This document shows positions 1 through 9,063 of a stretch of DNA of 64,000 nt, piece by piece. The position numbers and the translations under genes were made by a program. How positions within the stretch are numbered: the stretch's first letter is position 1; the number at the start of each line of letters is the position of its first letter. The DNA is taken from IMG/VR virus record IMGVR_UViG_2974541498_000001, positions 72,609-136,608 of that record; one strand, 5' to 3'. The notes beneath the pieces were generated by a model, which ran no database searches, had not been told where the DNA came from, and was given only the letters and a program-made list of their open reading frames with translations. The DNA is from a virus. Its lineage: Duplodnaviria; Caudoviricetes.

Positions 1-26
1 GCGTAAAGTATCAAGATATTGGTCTG

Positions 27-566
27 ATGGACTCAGGGAGTGCCCTAGGAACTGTCCAAGTAAATCAATATGTTAGCTTTAGAGATAGAATATCTATTCC
101 CGATCAAATGCTTGTACAATCTTATTTATTTAATATGGATGATAATAGAATGAAATATGGTATGAGAATACCTTATTCAGTTGCTAAGTTTATGCTTGTT
201 AAAAACTCTAATAATGAAGACTTAGTAGAAGGAGTAGACTTCTCATATAATAAAGATACTCATTTCTTTAAACCACTATCAAATAAAGTCTATTCTGGGG
301 TTAATATATCTATGAATATTCTAGTAGAGCTAAGATATATTGTAGTTGATTTATTAAAGCAGGCTAGATACCAGTATACTCAAAGTGAAATGCCTTCAGG
401 TACTGCTAAATTTGATAGACTCCCTCAATATATTCTTTTAAAAAGAGAAGATGCATGGATAGGAAATGTTAGTTTTACTGGTACTTCTACGGTAGATAAA
501 ACAGGTATAGTAGATCCTAAACGCTCTATGGATACTAATAGCACTCTTAAAGGATTTGGTTTCTGA
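27..566 (+). CDS. Virion neck/head-tail protein, C-terminal part (gene probably begins before the window)
   Basis: Position upstream of the sheath gene; Twort-like motifs LRYIVVDLLK and LPQYILLKRED. Confidence 0.6.
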   Translation: MDSGSALGTVQVNQYVSFRDRISIPDQMLVQSYLFNMDDNRMKYGMRIPYSVAKFMLVKNSNNEDLVEGVDFSYNKDTHFFKPLSNKVYSGVNISMNILVELRYIVVDLLKQARYQYTQSEMPSGTAKFDRLPQYILLKREDAWIGNVSFTGTSTVDKTGIVDPKRSMDTNSTLKGFGF

Positions 567-1180
567 TGGAAGAAATACCAGGATTATTTAAAGAACCTAA
601 AAAGTATTTAGACGCCCTAGGAAGTTCAATATCTAACAGTATTATTAATGAAGTTGGAAAAGCTTCCATAGATGAAGGGGCAGATTCTTATCAAGTAGAG
701 CCTAATTACCTATCAGTAACAGCACATAGAGTTAATAACTTAGGAATACTTGATTTAAAGCCATATTTTGAAAGTAGTCCCTTTGTTAAAACTACTAAAG
801 ATGGTGGCTGGTATTTAAGAGTTCCTATTAGACGATTAACTTCTGGAATGTCTTCACAATTATATAAAGAAGCGAGACAAATTGAATTACAATCCGATCA
901 AACTATGAAAACCGCTTGGATAAATTCCTTATATTCCGGAAGACAAGAATCTTCTATTGCCTCTTTAAACTATACACCAGTATCTAATAACTTAACGAGA
1001 ATTAAAAATGATGCAGGTAGCGGTACTAAATATATTGCCTTTAGAACGGTATCAAACAAGTCTAATCCAGCTAGTTGGATTCTTAATAGAGGTCAAGCAA
1101 CAGAAGATAATATGAGTAAGACTTTATTAAAGAACTTAGATAGATTAATTAGCTATCGACTACAACATTTAAATGACTAG
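566..1180 (+). CDS. Conserved virion neck/tail-completion protein
   Basis: GGWYLRVPIRR and YIAFRTVS..S.PASWILNR motifs typical of Herelleviridae structural genes; synteny. Confidence 0.6.
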   Translation: MEEIPGLFKEPKKYLDALGSSISNSIINEVGKASIDEGADSYQVEPNYLSVTAHRVNNLGILDLKPYFESSPFVKTTKDGGWYLRVPIRRLTSGMSSQLYKEARQIELQSDQTMKTAWINSLYSGRQESSIASLNYTPVSNNLTRIKNDAGSGTKYIAFRTVSNKSNPASWILNRGQATEDNMSKTLLKNLDRLISYRLQHLND

Positions 1181-1197
1181 GTAAAGGAGGTAATCTA

Positions 1198-2091
1198 TTG
1201 ACTAATATTGCTTCACAAGATACATTCATTAAACAAAATATAGAAAATAGAATAAATGCCGTAATAGCTAGTGGATCTTCTAATTCTAAGAACTATATTA
1301 TAACTGAGGCATTAAAAAACATAGAATCCGATGTCTCGGAAAGCTTTATAAACACCTATTGCGGAGACAATCCAAGCAATCAAATAGAAGTTAGTTACTC
1401 GTTCCCTCAAAATCGAGAAAACTTAGACGCTTTGGTAATTGTCAATGCGGGTGCTATGACCGAAGATGATAAAAGCTTAGGAGACAACTATAGTTCTTAT
1501 AATTCTAGAGGTACTGGATTATCTACAGAAACAGCAAAAGTTCAATACGATATAGATAATGATATTTACTTCATAGAAACATCAGAACCTGTTAGTGAAT
1601 TCGTTAAATGTGATGTCTTCAGTCAAGGAATAGTATTAACAGATGAAAAGTATCTATATCAAAATAAGTTGTTCCTTAGTTCCGGGGCAAAACCTGCTTT
1701 AGGTGTTGATGTTACATTCTCATATATTCCTTTAATTGAAGGGTCTAATAGTCAGGATATGGCAGGATATAATATTGGATTTAATGCCACAGAGACAACA
1801 ACAGTCTCTATCGTATCTAACCATATAGATACCCTTCGTTGTTTATCTGCTATTGTTGCCTTCTCTCTAATATCATTAAGAGCTACTAATGAACAAGATG
1901 ACATATTTGCTATTCAAACTATTAGTAAAAAAGGTCTTAGTACTATCCAAGATACATTTGGGATAAAGAATGTTGATGAGAAGCCTTTATACGCTATTCA
2001 ATATTCTTTAAATACTAAATCAACCTATTCTATTAGTTATAATGACGTTAATGCAATTAAAGAATTAGAAATAAATTTAAGGAGCGAATAA
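1198..2091 (+). CDS. Virion structural protein (putative tail terminator/neck)
   Basis: AAGGAGG RBS, TTG start; position just upstream of sheath. Confidence 0.55.
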   Translation: MTNIASQDTFIKQNIENRINAVIASGSSNSKNYIITEALKNIESDVSESFINTYCGDNPSNQIEVSYSFPQNRENLDALVIVNAGAMTEDDKSLGDNYSSYNSRGTGLSTETAKVQYDIDNDIYFIETSEPVSEFVKCDVFSQGIVLTDEKYLYQNKLFLSSGAKPALGVDVTFSYIPLIEGSNSQDMAGYNIGFNATETTTVSIVSNHIDTLRCLSAIVAFSLISLRATNEQDDIFAIQTISKKGLSTIQDTFGIKNVDEKPLYAIQYSLNTKSTYSISYNDVNAIKELEINLRSE

Positions 2092-2093
2092 TT

Positions 2094-2258
2094 ATGGAAT
2101 ATATGAGCATTGATACTTTCTTAGAATCAGCTAAATACTTATATCCCCTATCGGATTCAGAAAAGGCTAATTTTAAGCGCAGGATGAAAGGTAACTGGTA
2201 TATGAAGTCGGAAGAAGATTTCTTACCACACCTTAAAGATTTTATTAAAAACAAGTAA
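2094..2258 (+). CDS. Small conserved pre-sheath protein, 54 aa (MEYMSIDTFLESAK...; not in ORF track)
   Basis: Read by hand: AAGGAG RBS, ATG 2094, TAA 2256-2258; IDTFL..A...FK..MKG..Y motif resembles the small gene preceding the sheath in Twort-like phages. Confidence 0.7.
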   Translation: MEYMSIDTFLESAKYLYPLSDSEKANFKRRMKGNWYMKSEEDFLPHLKDFIKNK

Positions 2259-2274
2259 AGAGAGGTAATAATAA

Positions 2275-4113
2275 ATGGCAATATATGTATATCCATCAAA
2301 TCAGAATGATAACATTCCAGGAATTTCTGTAACTATTAATACAGACTCCTTTACAGGATCTTCTAGCAATTCAGAAAAACCTTTAATGATTATTGGGGAA
2401 GCTGATGATGGTATTCCACAAACTGTTAGAACTTTTTCTAGCTATACACAAGCTAAACAAGAACTTAGAGGCGGGGAACTTCTTAAAGCGTTAGAACTTG
2501 CTTGGCAACCAGATTCAGATGGGACGTATTATGCAGGAAATATTATGGCAATGCGCTCACAACCAGCTACCCAAGCATCCTTGAAGAAAGGAACTTTGAC
2601 ATTTACTTCAAAGTTGTATTCAGAAAAGGCTAATAATATTCTAGTTAGCTTACAACCAAACAGAATTACTAATACTCAGCGGTTGGTTGTTTCATTCCCC
2701 GAAGATGGTGTTACTAATACCTATGATAATCTAGGGAATATATTCTCATTGTCTTACACAGGTAATGAACGCTATGCCGCTTATAAGATTGATACCGATG
2801 AAAATGGTTTTGCATCTCTTTTAACGCTATATGCTGGAGATAGTGTAAGTACAGCAGAACCTATCCAAAAGTTTATCCTTGGTGATAATTCCTTATATGT
2901 TAAGACTAACAGTCTTATTAATGCCATTAATCAAGTTGCTGGATTTACTGCTACTAGATTCTCTATTGGAAATAAGAATGTTTATACTAAGTATTATCAT
3001 GGCATTGATGAAACGCAATTAAGTGCTACTCCTAATAAACAATATGTATATGCTATTGAAGGAGACATTCTTAATACTGTTGGCGATTATGATAGCTATG
3101 TTTCCATCGGGTATGTTCCAGAAGGTACTCCAGAAGATCCAACTAATATTAAAGAAACTTCTATTAGTGATGGTGTTCATATTGAACTTGATGCTATGGC
3201 CGTTACAACTCCAATAGATAACTTTGAAACAACTGCTTTATCTGGAGCTTCCGTAGGAGTTTCTCCTGATTCTTGGACTAGCTTATTCAACCAGTTTACT
3301 GATTCATATGATAACAATGGATATCTTGGGTATTACTTGATTCCATTAACAGATGATGCGGCTATCCAAGCAGAAGCTACCGCCTTTGCTAATAATCAGG
3401 CTAGAGTTGGTAATGCTATGAGAGTCATTGTGGGTGCAGGAATTTCTGAACCAAAACAACAATTGATTAGCCGGTCACTAGAGCTGGATGATGCACGAGC
3501 AAACCTAGTAGGTAATTCTGCTATGGTAAAGATGTCTGATGGTACTACCCAAGACATGCCCGGATATATGCTTGCCGCTATGGTTGGTGGCCTTGCTTCT
3601 GGTATTGATATTGGAGATTCTATTACTAATAAGACGCTTAACCTTGTTAGCTTAGATCAGAACTTTACAACCGATGATATTAATGAGTTGACAGGTTCTG
3701 GAATAGTAACTATTAAATACCTTCAAAATAGATCGAGTAGCTCATTTAGAATTGTTGATGATGTTACTACTTCTACTAGGGTAGATGAACCATTAGAACA
3801 TGAAATGGCTATTGGTGAGAGTTCTGACTTCTTAGTTGCAGGTATTCGTGAAAAACTAGATCCATTTATTGGGAGCAAGATAAACACTGCGTATGCAAGT
3901 ACTCTTTCTTCTTACGTGCTTGAATATCTTTCTGATGTTAAAACAGAAGGAATTATCATGGATTATGACTCTAGCTCAGTAACTGTAACGATCGTTGGAT
4001 CTACTGCTAATATTGGTGCTACTGTATATCCTGATAGAACATTGAAGAAAATGGATATTGCTCTTCAATATAATACAGAAACTCTTACAAGTAGCAATAC
4101 AAGCATTGCCTAA
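2275..4113 (+). CDS. Contractile tail sheath protein
   Basis: 612 aa; SEKPLMIIG..G.P, LRGGELL.A.ELAW and FRIVDDVTT motifs. Confidence 0.93.
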   Translation: MAIYVYPSNQNDNIPGISVTINTDSFTGSSSNSEKPLMIIGEADDGIPQTVRTFSSYTQAKQELRGGELLKALELAWQPDSDGTYYAGNIMAMRSQPATQASLKKGTLTFTSKLYSEKANNILVSLQPNRITNTQRLVVSFPEDGVTNTYDNLGNIFSLSYTGNERYAAYKIDTDENGFASLLTLYAGDSVSTAEPIQKFILGDNSLYVKTNSLINAINQVAGFTATRFSIGNKNVYTKYYHGIDETQLSATPNKQYVYAIEGDILNTVGDYDSYVSIGYVPEGTPEDPTNIKETSISDGVHIELDAMAVTTPIDNFETTALSGASVGVSPDSWTSLFNQFTDSYDNNGYLGYYLIPLTDDAAIQAEATAFANNQARVGNAMRVIVGAGISEPKQQLISRSLELDDARANLVGNSAMVKMSDGTTQDMPGYMLAAMVGGLASGIDIGDSITNKTLNLVSLDQNFTTDDINELTGSGIVTIKYLQNRSSSSFRIVDDVTTSTRVDEPLEHEMAIGESSDFLVAGIREKLDPFIGSKINTAYASTLSSYVLEYLSDVKTEGIIMDYDSSSVTVTIVGSTANIGATVYPDRTLKKMDIALQYNTETLTSSNTSIA

Positions 4114-4134
4114 TAATAGAAAGGACTGATTTAC

Positions 4135-4578
4135 TTGGCAAAAGCGGCATCAGGTAGTTATGAACAAGGCTATCAGCAATCAGAAACAGGTACAGTAACT
4201 ACCATATTTATGAACTCAAAAGCAGTAGGTAGAGCAACATCGGCCACTGCCCAAATTGAGTATGGTACTACTGGTGTTTGGGGTATTGGTGATTATATGC
4301 CATATGAATACGTATTTATGCGGTATAATGGTCAACTTACGGTAGAAGGAATTAGAATGCGGACTAATGATATGGTTAGTGCCGGAATTGTTGCTCTAGG
4401 AGAAGATGTCCTAAAGCAAGGAGATACTCTAATTACTATTCAAGATAAGTATACGCACAACCTATTGGCTTCCTACAGTCATTGTACACCAGTAAGCTAT
4501 AACTTACAAGTTCGGGCTAATCAATTAGTTACAGAACAAGCAGTATTTAACTTCACAAGTGCTACACAAAAGAAGTAA
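4135..4578 (+). CDS. Tail tube protein
   Basis: 147 aa immediately after sheath; GRA.SA...EYGTTGV..IG..MP.E motif. Confidence 0.9.
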   Translation: MAKAASGSYEQGYQQSETGTVTTIFMNSKAVGRATSATAQIEYGTTGVWGIGDYMPYEYVFMRYNGQLTVEGIRMRTNDMVSAGIVALGEDVLKQGDTLITIQDKYTHNLLASYSHCTPVSYNLQVRANQLVTEQAVFNFTSATQKK

Positions 4579-4583
4579 TAATT

Positions 4584-4611
4584 AAAATCCCCCATGTACG
4601 GGGGATTTTTT
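4584..4611 (+). terminator. Rho-independent terminator
   Basis: aaaatccccc-atgtac-gggggattttt hairpin plus T-tract after tube gene. Confidence 0.85.
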
Positions 4612-4702
4612 AGTGCATATTTAGTGCTTATACTAATATTAATTTATATACTATAATATATTTAGAATCCGCAAATTATATTATTATTAAAGGTGGTTTA
4701 TT

Positions 4703-5221
4703 ATGGAAAAAAATAGTTATACCAAAGAAGAAATAGAGGCATTAAAGTATCCTGGTAGCAACAAAAAGAAGGAATATACTGAGGACGAACTATTAAAGCT
4801 TCGCCAGAGATCTGAAAATGGAGATAAGTTAACTGATGATGAAGCCAATGCACTTCATAAGCAAGATAGTGAGAAGTCAATTAAAGACATTGACCAAATT
4901 CTTCAGGGAGTTAATGATATCTTCTCAAAAGACTATGTTTTCTCAGAAGACAATGAAAAGTTTCATGTAGAAATAAAGGCACCTAACGTTATTGAGGACG
5001 CTAAGATTAAAGCACTTAGAGAGAAGTGGTTAGATGGAACAGGTCTAGATCAAAATATGTTTGATTATACTGCCTATACTGCACTAGCCACCCTAAATGT
5101 ATGTGGAACTAAAGTACCTGTTCAATTAGCTGATAATGATAAGATTTATCCGCCAACTCTTTCGTGGTTATACGAGATTGGAGTAGACTTTAATAATTGG
5201 ATGTCTCGATTTCGATCATAG
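4703..5221 (+). CDS. Tail assembly chaperone (lambda gpG-like)
   Basis: Between tube and tape measure; IKAPNVIE..KI and DF..W..RFR end. Confidence 0.8.
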   Translation: MEKNSYTKEEIEALKYPGSNKKKEYTEDELLKLRQRSENGDKLTDDEANALHKQDSEKSIKDIDQILQGVNDIFSKDYVFSEDNEKFHVEIKAPNVIEDAKIKALREKWLDGTGLDQNMFDYTAYTALATLNVCGTKVPVQLADNDKIYPPTLSWLYEIGVDFNNWMSRFRS

Positions 5222-5675
5222 ACGAAATTATACACCCTTAGTAAAAACAGTTTATTTTCAAAATTTATTTACTATAATGGACCACTTTAAAGTCCTACCA
5301 ACAGATGAACGCTTTAAAAATCTTACTGTTGACCAAATAAATATTATTTTATATGGAATGCAAGAAAAGTCACGTAGAGAGGCTATTGCTCAGGCTAACG
5401 CTAATGGTGAGCAAGTTGTATCTACCAGTTCATTCAATGACTTGGATGACTCTTGGCAATATTCTGAAGATTTTGATCCTACTGATGGAGCGGGTGAAGA
5501 AGACTTGTTAAAGCAGGTTAAAGATCAGCAATCAGATAACATGGATAAAATGGAAAACGTAGATACCTTAGAAGCAGATAATCTTGCTAAGCAACAAGAT
5601 AAGTATATTAAGAGTAAAAATAATGAGACTAAGAAGACCATATCTAAGACTATAGCGGCATTTACGAAAAAATAA
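5211..5675 (+). CDS. Tail assembly chaperone extension (gpT-like), probably reached by +1 frameshift; ATG-defined ORF is 5277-5675
   Basis: +1 frame open from 5211 (FDHRRNYTPLVKTVYFQNLFTI) into MDHFKVLPTDERFKNLT; no SD before ATG 5277. Confidence 0.75.
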   Translation, partial: FDHRRNYTPLVKTVYFQNLFTIMDHFKVLPTDERFKNLTVDQINIILYGMQEKSRREAIAQANANGEQVVSTSSFNDLDDSWQYSEDFDPTDGAGEEDLLKQVKDQQSDNMDKMENVDTLEADNLAKQQDKYIKSKNNETKKTISKTIAAFTKK

Positions 5676-5692
5676 GGAAAGGGGGAATATAA

Positions 5693-8600
5693 ATGGCTGA
5701 TAACTCTTATAAATTTAAAGTTGAGGCAGAAACAGACTCTGCACTTAATAATCTTTCACAAGTAGAAGAACAAGCTAGAAAAATATCTGAGTTACAAAGT
5801 AATTCCCATAATAAAGGTGACTTTGTTTCTGTATCCAATATTCAAGAAGCGGTTCAGTCAATGCGTCAATTGGAACAGGAAGCTCAAAGCTTATTATCTA
5901 CATTTGATAAGTTTAGAAGCAATGGTGCTGGAGGGAATGCTAGTATACTTAATGGCGCCTTAAATGGAATAATGAGTAACGCCCGTGACTCTTTTAATTC
6001 AATATCAGGAATGAACATTAGTACTCCAAGAGGTTACTCTGTTTTAGATAGACAAGATGCCGCAAATACTGGTTATACTAATACAAGCTCCTCTTATATC
6101 GATAAACTGGATACCAGAGAAGATAGAAGTTATATGAGAAGGCTAGCTAGTCGGCAATCCGCTAGATTCCGATCAGCTATGTCTGGTAATAGAATTAGTG
6201 CAGAAAGGTATGACCAATTTAATTACGATAATGAGCAAGGGTTATCTAACTTGTCTGATATTGCGAATAGAAATAATTACCGTATAGACTCTGCTAGAGA
6301 AAGAATAGCTAAGGCTAGAACTAACATCAATGAAGTTAACCATGATACTAGCATTGATGAATTTTCTAGAAATCAAGCCACTCAAAAGCTTAATGATGAA
6401 ATAAATGCTAATACTAAGCTTATAGAATCCATTAAAAATTTTAATAGTGAAATAGATAAAACTACTACAAAGTTAAAAGATCAGAAGTCCCAAATGGATG
6501 ATAATAGTGATATGACGGTATCTGCTCGTAGAGGAACCTTTCAAGGGTTCTTAGCACAAAGAGCAGGTGCTATCGGATATCATACTGTTGCTGGAGGTCT
6601 TGGATTAATAAGCTCGCAATATCAACAAGGAAAGCAACTAAACTCTGCTACTGATGATACTAGTATTAACTTAGCTTATTCTACTAATAGTGCTAATGAC
6701 CAGTCAATTAGAAACCAAATGTTTTCTATTAACCAACAGAGGTCTAATGGATATAGTTTGGAAGATAGCCTTAATATGTATCAATTAGCTATTTCCAGAA
6801 ATGGTTATTCTGGTGGTAATAGTGCCACTAATATGGGAATGGTTGACCAGATGGAACAAGCCGGTAACAACACAGGTATTGGCAGATCTGGTTATATGAA
6901 TTATGCTTCTTCTTTATTTAATGCTGGTGCTATAAATAATAATAATGACTTAAAATCATTAGATAACTCTGTTACTGGTATGAATGTCTATGCAAGGACA
7001 CAGGGTATTCAACAACAACAGGCACAAACTCTAACTTCATTAGTTAATCAAACAAGCCAAGATAGAACTCTATCTGCAAGTGATATTCAAAGGCTTGCTA
7101 GTGTAGAAGGAATAACTGCTAAAAATGGTGGGAGATCCCTTCAAAGTATCCAAGGGCAACAATCACTATCCCAGTGGAACAATAGCTATATTCAAGCTAG
7201 TGAAGGAGATAATCAACAGCTACTGCAACTGAAAGTTCAATCAAATCCAGAAAGATATGGAGGACTTAGAGGTGCCGTAAATGCTGAAAAGGATTTAAGT
7301 AAAGGGTTAGCAGACCCAGATAATATTGATTTAGCTAGAAGAATGTCCGATATGTATGGTGGAGGAAAAGGTGGAGGAGCCTTAGTCCTCCAACATAGTT
7401 TTGGGATAAAGTCTATTAAGAATGCTGATGAAATATCTAAAATACTAGATAATGGTGACCTTTCTAAATCAGAGCAAGATAAGGCTATTAAAGATTTTGA
7501 AAAAACAGGTAAATTTAAGCGGCAAGAAAATCAGGCTAAATATGATAGTAGTTCTACGGCAAAAAGAAACCAACAAGCATCTGAATATGAGAAAAGAATT
7601 AGTCAAAGTAATGATGTAATAGAAAAGACTGTTGGGGGAATACTTGGATTTATTGGGGGACTTCCTAGCTGGATGACTACTATAATATCACTTCTTTCTA
7701 CTATTGCAACAACTGCGGGAACACAAGCCGCAGGAAGCTATGTTGGTAGTAAAATTCAGGATTATGCTGATGGAAAATTCTCAGGAAAAGGAGGAAAATT
7801 CTCTACTAAATCAGGCGCTTATAAAGAAGGAGAGTCCCTCGGCGGGTATTCTTCCTCTAATAAAACAGCAAAGGTTAAGGGGAATTTTGGGTCATCTGGT
7901 AGAGCTTCCTTTACTAACCGGGCTGAAGCTAGATTTAATAATTCTAAAATAGGCGGAAAGGCTAGAAATATACTTGGAAAAGTTAAAGACACTAAAATTG
8001 GTGGATTTACCTCTAGAACTTTAGAAAAAGGTAAAGGAGTATTTGGAAAAGCCGGAGAATTTGCTGGTAAATGGGGAAACAAATTAGGAGTTGCTGGTAA
8101 TGTTCTAGCCGCCGGTGCGCTTGCCTCAGAAGTTATTGGGTCGAAACACCCAGTTAAGCAAGCTATTAGATCAGGTTCACGAATGGCTGGTGGAATGGCA
8201 GGCTGGGCAGGAGGTGCCGCCGCAGGTGCCGCATTAGGGTCAGTGATACCGGGAGCTGGTACTCTTGTCGGTGGTGCTTTAGGACTTGCTGGAGGAATTG
8301 GTGGTTCCTTAATAGGATCTGATGTATTTGGAAAAGTTGGAGACTTTCTTACTGGAAAGGGAAGTAATAAGTCTGCTGATACTGCACAAAAATATCAGGA
8401 TAAAGAAAAGGAAGAAGCTAACGCCAGAGCTAGAAAAGAAAATATTGATTCTGATAATCGACAACTAGATAAAGCGGCTAACCTATTAAATGTATCTAGA
8501 GCACAAAATGGATTAATTGGTAAAAATGGTACAGGAACTTCTAGTACCAGTATTAAACAATCTAAATCTGATAAAGATAAGGCTAAGCAGAATGCTAAAG

Positions 8601-9025
8601 TAACCTCTGCTATGCAACCTTACCAAAAAATTTCAACTTATATGCCTATGGATAAAAATAGTAAAAAGTCTCCTAGCAAAAGTAAGTCAACGAAAGCTAA
8701 ATCTTCTAATACTTCAGATACTAATAGCAAGTCTGCGGCTAAAGCAACCCAAGATGGTTTAAACAAAATGTATCATCATACTAGTATGGCTAGCAGAATG
8801 CTTAACCAGCCTGTGGGGGCACAAGACTTCTCTACAAGCACAAATAAATCAAGTAAATCTTCTAATAAATTTGATATTAAAGTTAATGTTAATGGTGATG
8901 TTAAAGATGGTCATAAGACCGGTAAAGAAGTTGGTGAAGGACTTATTGCTAGTCTAAAGAATAAAATGAATAATGGTATTGCTAATAATACCAGCAATTT
9001 ATCATTGCTAAATGGATTAAGCTAG
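5693..9025 (+). CDS. Tape measure protein
   Basis: 1110 aa, coiled-coil N-terminus, Gly/Ala-rich GAAAGAALGSVIPG segment, follows chaperones. Confidence 0.88.
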   Translation: MADNSYKFKVEAETDSALNNLSQVEEQARKISELQSNSHNKGDFVSVSNIQEAVQSMRQLEQEAQSLLSTFDKFRSNGAGGNASILNGALNGIMSNARDSFNSISGMNISTPRGYSVLDRQDAANTGYTNTSSSYIDKLDTREDRSYMRRLASRQSARFRSAMSGNRISAERYDQFNYDNEQGLSNLSDIANRNNYRIDSARERIAKARTNINEVNHDTSIDEFSRNQATQKLNDEINANTKLIESIKNFNSEIDKTTTKLKDQKSQMDDNSDMTVSARRGTFQGFLAQRAGAIGYHTVAGGLGLISSQYQQGKQLNSATDDTSINLAYSTNSANDQSIRNQMFSINQQRSNGYSLEDSLNMYQLAISRNGYSGGNSATNMGMVDQMEQAGNNTGIGRSGYMNYASSLFNAGAINNNNDLKSLDNSVTGMNVYARTQGIQQQQAQTLTSLVNQTSQDRTLSASDIQRLASVEGITAKNGGRSLQSIQGQQSLSQWNNSYIQASEGDNQQLLQLKVQSNPERYGGLRGAVNAEKDLSKGLADPDNIDLARRMSDMYGGGKGGGALVLQHSFGIKSIKNADEISKILDNGDLSKSEQDKAIKDFEKTGKFKRQENQAKYDSSSTAKRNQQASEYEKRISQSNDVIEKTVGGILGFIGGLPSWMTTIISLLSTIATTAGTQAAGSYVGSKIQDYADGKFSGKGGKFSTKSGAYKEGESLGGYSSSNKTAKVKGNFGSSGRASFTNRAEARFNNSKIGGKARNILGKVKDTKIGGFTSRTLEKGKGVFGKAGEFAGKWGNKLGVAGNVLAAGALASEVIGSKHPVKQAIRSGSRMAGGMAGWAGGAAAGAALGSVIPGAGTLVGGALGLAGGIGGSLIGSDVFGKVGDFLTGKGSNKSADTAQKYQDKEKEEANARARKENIDSDNRQLDKAANLLNVSRAQNGLIGKNGTGTSSTSIKQSKSDKDKAKQNAKVTSAMQPYQKISTYMPMDKNSKKSPSKSKSTKAKSSNTSDTNSKSAAKATQDGLNKMYHHTSMASRMLNQPVGAQDFSTSTNKSSKSSNKFDIKVNVNGDVKDGHKTGKEVGEGLIASLKNKMNNGIANNTSNLSLLNGLS

Positions 9026-9063
9026 ATTATAGCTTTTTCTATACATAGTTAAGGAGGAATATA

